From an uncultured virus (IMG/VR IMGVR_UViG_3300034358_000003) (taxonomy: Duplodnaviria > Heunggongvirae > Uroviricota > Caudoviricetes), in IMG/VR virus record IMGVR_UViG_3300034358_000003: 36,997 nt of DNA; one strand, written 5' to 3'. Below are positions 14,880-23,254 of this stretch, piece by piece (position 1 is the stretch's first letter; every line of letters begins with the position of its first letter). The notes under the pieces were generated by a model. It made no database searches. It was not told the DNA's origin and worked only from the letters and a program-made list of their open reading frames with translations. The position numbers and the translations under genes are program-made.

Positions 14880-14911
14880 GCCGCTTACCCAAAAGGTAGG
14901 CGGCCATTTTT
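14880..14911 (+). terminator. Intrinsic terminator-like hairpin
   Basis: GCCGCTTACC-CAAAA-GGTAGGCGGC then CATTTTT. Confidence 0.6.
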
Positions 14912-14934
14912 ATGCCTGTTGAGTGGAGGATTTG

Positions 14935-15279
14935 ATGAGTAAAGTTAGCCTAATGGAACAAGTGCTGGAAAAAATGCAGGCTAAGGAAGACATCTACACG
15001 TCTTATGTGGTTGACAAGCAAAAGATTACCGTAGTTAGTTACAAGGATTTTGCCAAGTGGGACTTCATCCCAGCGGCGACGTTCTACATCAAAGACGCTA
15101 TGGGCGATTACATCTTCGTTCACACAGCCAGACGTGCTGTAGCTCAGGAGTGGGTTGACACAGAATACGGAAAAGGGCGATACTCCGTGAACACAAGCCG
15201 CTTGCAGAAGGGCAAACCACTTGGTGAAGACAGTAAACCTGCCTTCGGAACCGCAACTCGGAGAGGACAAAAACGATGA
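14935..15279 (+). CDS. Hypothetical protein
   Basis: GGAGG RBS before ATG 14935. Confidence 0.75.
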   Translation: MSKVSLMEQVLEKMQAKEDIYTSYVVDKQKITVVSYKDFAKWDFIPAATFYIKDAMGDYIFVHTARRAVAQEWVDTEYGKGRYSVNTSRLQKGKPLGEDSKPAFGTATRRGQKR

Positions 15280-15497
15280 AAGTGCTTGAACTTATTGGAC
15301 AGTTGATCGACCTTCATAAAGCTCATGGTAATATTGAAGTAATCCTTCAGGCTGATCAGGAAGGCAATTCCTACGACGGTATCCGTGGTGCTGATTACAC
15401 CTTTGTTGACCGCGACTACCAGCAAACCTACGACAGTCAGGACGATGCAGAAGAATGCGGCGAAGTGGTCAAAGAAGTTATTGTGGTTTATCCGTGA
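15276..15497 (+). CDS. Hypothetical protein (D.EGNSY motif)
   Basis: ATGA overlap, GAGGA RBS. Confidence 0.75.
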   Translation: MKVLELIGQLIDLHKAHGNIEVILQADQEGNSYDGIRGADYTFVDRDYQQTYDSQDDAEECGEVVKEVIVVYP

Positions 15498-15898
15498 AGT
15501 ATGACAAAATGCACATGGCGACAGCCGAAGCCTACGCAAATGAATCTCATTGTCCCCGCACGCATGTGGGCTGTGCTCTCGTACTGGAGTCGGGAGTCGT
15601 GTCGGGTGGATTCAACGGGCATGCGAGTGGTGGACCTAATGAATGGGAATTCTCACCTGACGGGAATCCCGAGGTTGTACATGCGGAACTTAATAGTCTG
15701 GGCAAGTGTTTGGAGCAAGGACTTTCCACAAAGGGGGCGACGATGTTTGTTACTCTCTCGCCGTGTCTTGAGTGCTCCAAACTCTTGGTACGTGCCGGAG
15801 TGAAACGTGTTGTATATCGCGATGAATATCGCTTGACAACGGGTATCGATTATCTGAGAAAATATAACGTGGAGGTGGAGAAGTATGTTCAAGAGTGA
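15494..15898 (+). CDS. dCMP deaminase family protein
   Basis: HAE and TLSPCLEC zinc motifs, G.NG; start uncertain (GTG 15494 or ATG 15509). Confidence 0.9.
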   Translation: MKYDKMHMATAEAYANESHCPRTHVGCALVLESGVVSGGFNGHASGGPNEWEFSPDGNPEVVHAELNSLGKCLEQGLSTKGATMFVTLSPCLECSKLLVRAGVKRVVYRDEYRLTTGIDYLRKYNVEVEKYVQE

Positions 15899-16073
15899 TG
15901 ACTGGATTGGTAGGAAGTTTCGCTGTAATGAGACAGGTGTTGTGGTAGAGCTTACCGAAGAGATGGTGCATCCGCGTGCATTCATTGGTATTGGCAAGGG
16001 TGCCATAGACTTGGGAGATGGCTACTACTCTCGGCGTCTTGGCAATATCGAAGAACTGAAGGAGGTTGCATGA
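15885..16073 (+). CDS. Hypothetical protein
   Basis: GGAG RBS, overlapping operon. Confidence 0.65.
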   Translation: MFKSDDWIGRKFRCNETGVVVELTEEMVHPRAFIGIGKGAIDLGDGYYSRRLGNIEELKEVA

Positions 16074-16303
16074 GTATGACAATTGCAGCAGTAAGTATTA
16101 AAACAGAGTCTGGTGATGACTACCTGTTCCTGTATGACGAACTTGACAGCCCAAGTGAACTTGTGGAGCTTATTGAGGGGTCTATGGGTGAAGAGTTGGC
16201 GTACGCTTGGAGTATTGATGTGCAGTGCCTATATGGTGACTGTGAAGCCTATGGCGAAGCATTGCGTAGTCGTCGTGACGAACTTATGGGAGAGGACGAA
16301 TGA
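16070..16303 (+). CDS. Acidic hypothetical protein
   Basis: AGGAGG RBS, ATGA overlap. Confidence 0.7.
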   Translation: MSMTIAAVSIKTESGDDYLFLYDELDSPSELVELIEGSMGEELAYAWSIDVQCLYGDCEAYGEALRSRRDELMGEDE

Positions 16304-17457
16304 TCAAGACACTTTACGGGCTGGACAAGAAAGGCGAGATGAAGGTTTGGACGATCACAACTTCTACCGCTGGTGAAATTACCATCAGCCATGGCAAGCT
16401 TGGTGGTAAGATGATCGTCAAGAATGAGCACATCACTGAAGGCAAACAAGGCCGCTCACTTGGTGAGCAAGCCGATCTTGAAGCCAAAGCTCGCATCAAG
16501 AAGCAGGAAGACAAGAACTACCGTGATAATCAGGCTGATCTTGCTAATCTTGATATCTTGGCTATGCTCGCTGCTGACTACCGTAAACGCGGTAAGAGTG
16601 TTGAGTTCCCATGCTTCGGTTCTGACAAGTACGACGGTGTTCGTGCATTGGCGAAGAAGCGTAATGGTGTTGTGACGATTGAGTCTCGTACTTCCCAGAT
16701 TTACGATATTCCACATATCCACGAAGCTCTGACCATTCATATGCAAGACGGCGACATCTGGGATGGTGAAATCTATCTGCATGGTGAAGTGCTGCAAGAC
16801 ATTACGTCTGCTGTTGGCCGCACTAACACTCAGGCTAAGATCGACGCTGCTCAACGCAAGTATGAGAAGGCTGTTGGTGATGAGAAGATTGAACTGGCTT
16901 ATGCTGAACTTGTAGAAGCCAAGCTGATTGCTGAGATTCGCCCTAAGCTGGAGTTCCACATTTTCGATGTGCACTCTGACAAGACGTTCTATGAGCGTGT
17001 AAGTGATCTTGAAGAGCTTGCTGCGATCCCTGTAGTATCGCCTTGCATTCAGATCACCCAATACGTTTGGGTTGCTGATGAAGCTGACATGAAGGTCAAG
17101 CACGACGATTCTGTTGACCGTGGTTACGAAGGCTTGATGCTCCGCAACTTCAAAGGTGTGTACGAATCTGGCAAGCGCTCTACAGACTTGCAGAAGTACA
17201 AAGAGTTTGTAGACGCTGAGTTTGAGATTCTTGATGTACTGCCTGACAGTGATGAAGGCTCTCGATTCCTTGTGCGAAACAACTTGAACGACAGAACGTT
17301 CACTGTTACACTGGGCTCTATGGCTCAACGAGCTGAGTATCTGGCAAACAAAGAGCTTTACATTGGCAAGATGCTTACTGTAAGATACCAGTCTCGCTAC
17401 AAGAAGACTAAACTTCCCCAGTTCCCAACTGGTGTTGTAATCCGTGATTATGAATAA
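16300..17457 (+). CDS. ATP-dependent DNA ligase
   Basis: KYDGVR (motif I), WDGEIY, IFDV, YEGLMLR, GKRS..L.KYK and C-terminal PQFP. Confidence 0.92.
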   Translation: MIKTLYGLDKKGEMKVWTITTSTAGEITISHGKLGGKMIVKNEHITEGKQGRSLGEQADLEAKARIKKQEDKNYRDNQADLANLDILAMLAADYRKRGKSVEFPCFGSDKYDGVRALAKKRNGVVTIESRTSQIYDIPHIHEALTIHMQDGDIWDGEIYLHGEVLQDITSAVGRTNTQAKIDAAQRKYEKAVGDEKIELAYAELVEAKLIAEIRPKLEFHIFDVHSDKTFYERVSDLEELAAIPVVSPCIQITQYVWVADEADMKVKHDDSVDRGYEGLMLRNFKGVYESGKRSTDLQKYKEFVDAEFEILDVLPDSDEGSRFLVRNNLNDRTFTVTLGSMAQRAEYLANKELYIGKMLTVRYQSRYKKTKLPQFPTGVVIRDYE

Positions 17458-17467
17458 GGAGAAACAA

Positions 17468-17872
17468 ATGACTAAAGATTTCGAAGCGCTGGACACCACT
17501 GTTGTACAAGTTCGCTCTGTTCTGAACTTCATGTACGCACTTAACTATACCCTTGATGACGAATCCAACTCTGGTCGGTTCGTGTCTAAGAACCCACTCT
17601 TCAAGGGTAACAAATACCTGAGCTTCAGCACAGCGGCAAAACTGCACAACCTTGCAGATGAAAACTGGCTGGTTGATGAAACCACTGGTGTTGTCAAGCC
17701 TACCTGTGTTAACCTCGTAAATGGTTTCACCATCGTCGGTGTGCGACTGGCTCAAGCGTCTAAGCTTGTCAAGCAAGTCAAACTCTCGCTGAGTAAACAC
17801 GGCCAAGTGTTGACACTCGATGTAATGGTTGTTCCTCTGAACAAAGTTGTTGAAAGTCTTATCGGACTGTAA
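17468..17872 (+). CDS. Hypothetical protein
   Basis: AAGGAG RBS before ATG 17468. Confidence 0.75.
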   Translation: MTKDFEALDTTVVQVRSVLNFMYALNYTLDDESNSGRFVSKNPLFKGNKYLSFSTAAKLHNLADENWLVDETTGVVKPTCVNLVNGFTIVGVRLAQASKLVKQVKLSLSKHGQVLTLDVMVVPLNKVVESLIGL

Positions 17873-17879
17873 CTTGAAC

Positions 17880-17904
17880 GCCCTCCCACAAGGAGGGCTT
17901 CTTT
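17880..17904 (+). terminator. Intrinsic terminator
   Basis: GCCCTCC-CACAA-GGAGGGC-TTCTTT. Confidence 0.7.
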
Positions 17905-17929
17905 ATCGCTGAATTTTAAGGAGCTTCAC

Positions 17930-18376
17930 ATGTGCCTGAACAACCTCGAAACCCGTGCCATGAAATTCGCCATTGAAGCGCATGGTGATCAGATGTACGG
18001 CGATCATCCTTACAGTTACCATTTATCCCAAGTTGTGGATAACGTCCTGATTCGTAAGTTTGGCGATCCTCTTCTATCCACCTACGTTGCTGTGGCTTGG
18101 CTGCATGACACAATGGAAGACTGTGGCACTACCTTCAAGCAGATTGAGGATGAATTCGGTCTTGCTATTGCGTACTCTGTACAGAAGCTAACCAAGTGTG
18201 AAGATATTGGTTATGAATATTACCTGAAAGATATCATTGGTCACGCTATTGCACGTGAAGTGAAAATCTGCGATACTATGGCCAATCTGACGGAGAGCTT
18301 CAAGTCTGGGAACACAAAAGGCTTGAACAAGTACCCGCGACAACTGGACGTATTGATTCAAGGAGGTTTTAAATGA
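17930..18376 (+). CDS. RelA/SpoT-type HD hydrolase (small alarmone hydrolase-like)
   Basis: AH.DQ, PY..H, LHDTMED, V..LT, VK..D..AN motifs. Confidence 0.8.
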   Translation: MCLNNLETRAMKFAIEAHGDQMYGDHPYSYHLSQVVDNVLIRKFGDPLLSTYVAVAWLHDTMEDCGTTFKQIEDEFGLAIAYSVQKLTKCEDIGYEYYLKDIIGHAIAREVKICDTMANLTESFKSGNTKGLNKYPRQLDVLIQGGFK

Positions 18377-18942
18377 GCGAAATTTGGTTTACAAGTGACC
18401 TGCACTTCGGGCACAAGAATATCATTGAATATTGCGAACGTCCTTGGACTTTCGAAGAGCAAGACGATGAGATTGTTCGTCGTTGGAACTCCCGCGTTGG
18501 TCTGATGGATCAAGTGTTCCACTTGGGTGACTTCACCTTCGCTGGTCGCAAGAAGTCCAACAAGATCATTGAGTTGATCAAGAGCCTTAACGGTCAGATC
18601 ACCTTCATCAAGGGCAACCACTGCCAAGATGGCCTGTGGGAAGACATCGAAAAGGCAAATCTTGCTCACGTTCTGGAAGTATGCCACTACAAGGAAATCA
18701 CAATCGACCGTACCAAAGTCGTGATGTGTCACTATCCTTTCGAGACTTGGAACAAGGCACACCACGGTGCATGGCACCTGCATGGTCACTGTCACGGTAG
18801 TCTGCCTCCACGTGGTAAACGTCTTGACGTAGGCATTGACAACCACCCGGATCGTCAGGTATTCTCTCTGGCTGAAATCAAGATTCACATGGCAAAGCAA
18901 GAGTTTGTTGCTAACGACCATCACACAGGAGAGCGTGAATGA
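18373..18942 (+). CDS. Calcineurin-like metallophosphoesterase
   Basis: SDLHFGH, LGD, GNH, CHYP, LHGHCH motifs. Confidence 0.9.
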   Translation: MSEIWFTSDLHFGHKNIIEYCERPWTFEEQDDEIVRRWNSRVGLMDQVFHLGDFTFAGRKKSNKIIELIKSLNGQITFIKGNHCQDGLWEDIEKANLAHVLEVCHYKEITIDRTKVVMCHYPFETWNKAHHGAWHLHGHCHGSLPPRGKRLDVGIDNHPDRQVFSLAEIKIHMAKQEFVANDHHTGERE

Positions 18943-19145
18943 AAGTCTACGTTGCAGTAAATCTCGACTTGGGGTGGGACAACGTAATTGGTGTGTTCGA
19001 TTCCTACGAAAAAGCTTATGATGTTTGCCGCCCGGCACCTGAAGACCTTGAAGACCCAGAGGATGCTGAATGGTATTTGAGTCGGGTTAACGAACGAACT
19101 GGGATGTACGAGCTGCATCACATTCACACTAAGGAGGTCCAATAA
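18939..19145 (+). CDS. Hypothetical protein (LGWD family, copy 1)
   Basis: ATGA overlap, GGAG RBS. Confidence 0.7.
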   Translation: MKVYVAVNLDLGWDNVIGVFDSYEKAYDVCRPAPEDLEDPEDAEWYLSRVNERTGMYELHHIHTKEVQ

Positions 19146-19366
19146 TGGCAAGAATGACTGTTGACACAGACGCAAGAGCAGTGCCTGAAGTTCAGATGGG
19201 CACGCTTTTGTACTGGAAAGAAGACCCAACTTATGTTGTAATGTGCACTGGCATGCTGATGGGCGATGAGTTTCCGGGCGTTGCCCTCGACACTGGTGCT
19301 TATGGCGAACAGTGGATCATTGATGAATACTCTGTCTTCCAAGGCAAAGTGACTCTGGAGCAGTAA
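19145..19366 (+). CDS. Hypothetical protein
   Basis: AGGAGG RBS. Confidence 0.75.
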   Translation: MARMTVDTDARAVPEVQMGTLLYWKEDPTYVVMCTGMLMGDEFPGVALDTGAYGEQWIIDEYSVFQGKVTLEQ

Positions 19367-19368
19367 TC

Positions 19369-19542
19369 ATGAAAGTTTGGGTTGTGACAAACGTCGAGCT
19401 TGGCTGGGATTGCATCGTTGGTATTTTCGATCCAGCCAGCTTAACCAAGCAAGAAATTGAAGAAAGATTTCCCAAACGGAGTGGTTATATAGTACACTGG
19501 GGTCCGCATACAGTTCACAATGATTTTGAGGAGTTTGAATAA
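19369..19542 (+). CDS. 57-aa hypothetical protein (LGWD family, copy 2), not in ORF track
   Basis: GGAG RBS; MKVWVVTNVELGWDCIVGIFD. Confidence 0.7.
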   Translation: MKVWVVTNVELGWDCIVGIFDPASLTKQEIEERFPKRSGYIVHWGPHTVHNDFEEFE

Positions 19543-20444
19543 TGTTTGAAGCACTGATTAAGGCTGGACTGGTAAAGCAGAAGCGTTATGAGAATGGCCT
19601 TTCGGTATTCAAGTACGCTCGGAAGGTGTTCTACGACGCGCTCTGGAACACTGATCCTCTACTGTTGGAAGCCCGTGGGATTGTCATTGATGATGCTGGC
19701 AATAAGGTGATCTGGCCTTTCACCAAGGTCTTCAACTACAAAGAGAACAACGCTGGCGTAAACCTGATGATGGATACCCCAATCATCGCTCCACGTAAAG
19801 TGAACGGTTTCATGGCAGCATGTCGTTACTGGAACGGTGAGTTGATTGTTTCGACAACTGGCTCTCTGGACTCGGACTTCGCTGTTCTGGCTCGCTCTTA
19901 CATTGAGAAGTTGAACGGTATTGAGCGTGACTCGACCAATATGACACTACTCTTTGAAATCTGTGACCCTTCAGACCCTCACATTGTCGAGGAAGAAGCT
20001 GGTGCATACTTGATCGGGGCACGCCTCATGCAAGGCTGTGACCATGAAGGTGAGATGTTGAACGAAGCTCAGCTTCATGGCTACGCTGAATCACTTGGTG
20101 CTAAACGCCCTGAAGTATTCCGTGGGACGTTTGGACAGCTTTGGCATATGGTGCGTGAGTGCCGACACGAAGGTTGGATGGTGATTCTCGCTGAGACTGG
20201 TGAAACAGTGATGAAAATCAAGTCGCCACATTACCTATCCAAGAAATTCCTCATGCGAATGAGTGACAAGAAAGTGGACAACATGTTCGACTGCAAGGAA
20301 GAATTCATGAAAACGTTGGACGAAGAGTTCTACGCCATCGTGAGTTATATCACTCGCTGGTGGGACAAAGAGAAGTGGAAAAACACTTCTGAAGCTGATC
20401 GCCGTGCTGTGATCGAAAAATACTTTGAAAAGGAAGCTCAATAA
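19542..20444 (+). CDS. RNA ligase (T4 Rnl1-like)
   Basis: EARGIV, PFTKVFNY, KVNG (motif I), TLLFE, PHIV, EGW, KIKS..Y motifs. Confidence 0.85.
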   Translation: MFEALIKAGLVKQKRYENGLSVFKYARKVFYDALWNTDPLLLEARGIVIDDAGNKVIWPFTKVFNYKENNAGVNLMMDTPIIAPRKVNGFMAACRYWNGELIVSTTGSLDSDFAVLARSYIEKLNGIERDSTNMTLLFEICDPSDPHIVEEEAGAYLIGARLMQGCDHEGEMLNEAQLHGYAESLGAKRPEVFRGTFGQLWHMVRECRHEGWMVILAETGETVMKIKSPHYLSKKFLMRMSDKKVDNMFDCKEEFMKTLDEEFYAIVSYITRWWDKEKWKNTSEADRRAVIEKYFEKEAQ

Positions 20445-20860
20445 TGATGAAATTGCGTTTGGATACTGAAGGCTTACGTGCACTGATTGCCAGCAACCCT
20501 GAACTGGAAATTGAAATCGGCAAGGAGGTTATGAACAACATCACCTCTGAGCAGTTGAAGAATAAGGTTTCTGCTCGTATCGATGAAGTGTTGAAGTCTA
20601 TGGTTACTAAGGGTGGTTCTTATTACCAGCCTGTGTACGAAATCAAAGACAAGAACTTCTTGGCTGCAATCGCCGCTGCTTCGAAATCTGTTGTTGACAA
20701 AGCTCTGGACGAAGCTGTGAAGCTTCAGATTGCTGAGACTGTTCTGTCTGCTGTCGAAGCTGAGCGTATCCGTCTGCGTGCAGAGTTAAAAGCCCTGCTG
20801 AAAGAAATCGTCACCCCAGAAATGGCACGTGACATTATGCGGGAGAAAATCTTGCTGTGA
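20444..20860 (+). CDS. Helical hypothetical protein
   Basis: AGGA RBS, coupled to RNA ligase gene. Confidence 0.75.
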   Translation: MMKLRLDTEGLRALIASNPELEIEIGKEVMNNITSEQLKNKVSARIDEVLKSMVTKGGSYYQPVYEIKDKNFLAAIAAASKSVVDKALDEAVKLQIAETVLSAVEAERIRLRAELKALLKEIVTPEMARDIMREKILL

Positions 20861-21249
20861 TGCTCTATCTCGTTCGTGGCTTGCCGGGTTCTGGCAAGTC
20901 CACCTTCGCAAAAGAGTTGGCAGATGGTTTGGATTGCAATCACTTTGAGCATGACAAGTGTCTGTACACCGAGGAAGGCGAGTACCTTTGGACTGAAAAG
21001 CGAATGGCTTACGCCTATCGTCAATGTCTGCGGGATACTGAAGCGACGATGGCTGAAGGTGAGCCTGTCGTTGTCTCCAACGTGTTCCCAACGGCGAAGT
21101 CGTTAAAGAACTATCGCAAACTGGCTGAGAAGTATGGTCATCGTGTGACGTACATCGTCGTAGAGAATCGTCGTGGTGGAACCAACATCCATGATGTGCC
21201 TCAAGAGGCGTTGGACAACATGCGGGAAGCTTTCCAAGTTTCTCTGTAA
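20860..21249 (+). CDS. P-loop kinase (polynucleotide-kinase-like)
   Basis: RGLPGSGKST, VVVSNVF, HDVP motifs. Confidence 0.85.
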   Translation: MLYLVRGLPGSGKSTFAKELADGLDCNHFEHDKCLYTEEGEYLWTEKRMAYAYRQCLRDTEATMAEGEPVVVSNVFPTAKSLKNYRKLAEKYGHRVTYIVVENRRGGTNIHDVPQEALDNMREAFQVSL

Positions 21250-21255
21250 AACCAG

Positions 21256-21292
21256 TTGACACCGTGGGCCACTCCTGACAGAATGGCCCCAC
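21256..21292 (+). promoter_or_regulatory. Repeat-family promoter 1 (PRPS-like gene)
   Basis: TTGACA-17-CAGAAT-GGCCCCAC. Confidence 0.65.
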
Positions 21293-21312
21293 TTAAACAA
21301 ATGAGGTGCAAC

Positions 21313-22191
21313 ATGACTGACTTTAACGAAAACCTGTTCTACACTCTGGATGGTCGCCAACCACGAACCAGCATTTCCGTCATGACCTTTCCGGGTGGCG
21401 AAGTGGGCGTGAACATCAATACTGGTAGTTTGGACGCTTGGAATCCTCAAGCTGCGAATGTGAAATACATCGACCTGTTCGCAAAGATTCAGAACAGTGA
21501 TCAACTGATGGCGATGTTCCTTGCCACTGATGCCCTGCGTCGTGTTTACCCGTATGCAGTGATTGACCTGACGATACCCTACTTCCCGTATGCCCGCCAA
21601 GACCGCGTATGCAACGCTGGAGAGGCTTTGAGCGTCAAGGTGGTAGCTACACTCATCAACTCGATGAACTACGCCTCTGTGACCGTTGTAGACCCTCACA
21701 GCCCTGTGCTTGTAGCTGCTCTGGACAAAGTTTTTGTTGTAGAACAGTCCAAGGCATTCCAGAAGGTTAAACAAGACTGGAGCAAATGGACTATTGTCGC
21801 TCCTGATGTTGGTGCGATCAAGAAGACTGAGGACTTCGCAAAGCTGGTCGGTGCCAAGGATGTGCTTTACTGCAACAAGAAGCGTAACCTTGCAGATGGT
21901 AAGATTCTGGGCATGACTATCCTCAACCCAGAGATTCTGACTGTGGGAGCCAGCCTGCTTGTTCTTGACGACATCTGTGATGGTGGCCGCACCTTTATTG
22001 AGGTTGCCAACGCTATCCAACTGGCCTCGCCAAGAGTTGACGGTGTGATGGACTACTCCATTGAACTGGCAGTCACTCACGGTATCTTCTCTAAGGGTGT
22101 TGGGGTGTTGACAGACGTGTACGACCACGTATACACTACAGACTCACTGCCACAAATGGCACATTCCAAACTGACTGTTGTCGAACTGTAA
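21313..22191 (+). CDS. Ribose-phosphate pyrophosphokinase-like protein (probable NARP1 Adps)
   Basis: FPGGE, PYFPYARQDR, DPHS, APD.GA, DDICDGGRT, THGIFS motifs. Confidence 0.9.
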   Translation: MTDFNENLFYTLDGRQPRTSISVMTFPGGEVGVNINTGSLDAWNPQAANVKYIDLFAKIQNSDQLMAMFLATDALRRVYPYAVIDLTIPYFPYARQDRVCNAGEALSVKVVATLINSMNYASVTVVDPHSPVLVAALDKVFVVEQSKAFQKVKQDWSKWTIVAPDVGAIKKTEDFAKLVGAKDVLYCNKKRNLADGKILGMTILNPEILTVGASLLVLDDICDGGRTFIEVANAIQLASPRVDGVMDYSIELAVTHGIFSKGVGVLTDVYDHVYTTDSLPQMAHSKLTVVEL

Positions 22192-22201
22192 GGAGCTACA
22201 C

Positions 22202-23050
22202 ATGAAAAAGATTATCGCTGGTGTTCTGGGTTTGCTGATGATGGGTACGGTCGTTGTTGAAGCTGGGGCAGCATCTCGCGTCTCTTCTTCCTCACGATCC
22301 AGCTATAGTTCTTCGTCTCGGGCGTCGTCCAGTCCAAAGAGCTATTCTGCCCCAAAGTCTTATTCGGCTCCAGCGGTGTCCGCTCCGAGCCGTTCAACAA
22401 GCAGCAATCCCGGCCTAAAAGCCCTTGGCTTCTCCAAGCCTGCACCAATCCAGACGGTAAGTCGTCCAAGTGCAGGCGTGTCGTCTAGTCGTCCAACCTC
22501 GGTACAATCGACAAGTTGGTTTGGCAAGAAGTCTGTAAGCTCGGCACCTGTATCATCGTATCGTGCCCCTGCACGTCAAGTGAGTAGCCCTGTTTCGTAC
22601 CGTTCTAATCGCTCGGTGTACAGCAGCCCGCGAACGACTGTGGTGCAACGAAACTATTACAGCAATTCGTATGGAGGCTACAATGGATATAATCGGGGTT
22701 ATGGTGGTTACGGTTACAACCCTTATGGTGGGTACAACTCTGGTGGAAGCAGCTTCCTATATGGTGCTGCGGGGGCGATTGGCGGTGTAATGCTGTACAA
22801 CGCTCTGACCACGCCACATCACAATAGTGGCGTAAGCTCTGGGGCTACTGCTGCACAGATTGAACAAGCAAAAACTGACCAGCGTATAGAAGACAAACTG
22901 GACATGCAAAACCAGCTTCTGATGCAACAACGTCAACCAACGGTAGCGGCAGCTCCTGTGGTGATGCAACAGCCGCAATGCTACTTGCCACCAGATGCTC
23001 CGCTTATGATGAACCCACAATTTTACTGCGGAGTAAACAATGCTAACTAA
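22202..23050 (+). CDS. Exported low-complexity Ser- and Gly/Tyr-rich protein
   Basis: Signal-peptide-like MKKIIAGVLGLL..AGA; Ser-rich tract; YGGY repeats; Gly-zipper helix; AAGGAG RBS. Confidence 0.75.
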   Translation: MKKIIAGVLGLLMMGTVVVEAGAASRVSSSSRSSYSSSSRASSSPKSYSAPKSYSAPAVSAPSRSTSSNPGLKALGFSKPAPIQTVSRPSAGVSSSRPTSVQSTSWFGKKSVSSAPVSSYRAPARQVSSPVSYRSNRSVYSSPRTTVVQRNYYSNSYGGYNGYNRGYGGYGYNPYGGYNSGGSSFLYGAAGAIGGVMLYNALTTPHHNSGVSSGATAAQIEQAKTDQRIEDKLDMQNQLLMQQRQPTVAAAPVVMQQPQCYLPPDAPLMMNPQFYCGVNNAN

Positions 23051-23195
23051 ACGCGAAACGAATCACCTTGGTCATTTTCTGCTGACCCTATTCATCTGGC
23101 CTTGGCTGTTCGCTTGGATTATGTTCTACATGTCCAACCGTCGCCACAACGATGAAGTTGATCGAATGATCTGGCAATCGCAACAAAAAGGTTGA
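23040..23195 (+). CDS. 51-aa membrane peptide, not in ORF track
   Basis: GGAG RBS; NHLGHFLLTLFIWPWLFAWIMFY hydrophobic stretch. Confidence 0.65.
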   Translation: MLTKRETNHLGHFLLTLFIWPWLFAWIMFYMSNRRHNDEVDRMIWQSQQKG

Positions 23196-23227
23196 CACGG
23201 TGGGCCAATCTGATAAGATGGCCCCAC
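23192..23227 (+). promoter_or_regulatory. Repeat-family promoter 2 (Nampt-like gene)
   Basis: TTGACA-16-TAAGAT-GGCCCCAC. Confidence 0.7.
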
Positions 23228-23254
23228 ACAAACGAGACACAAAGGAGATTCACA

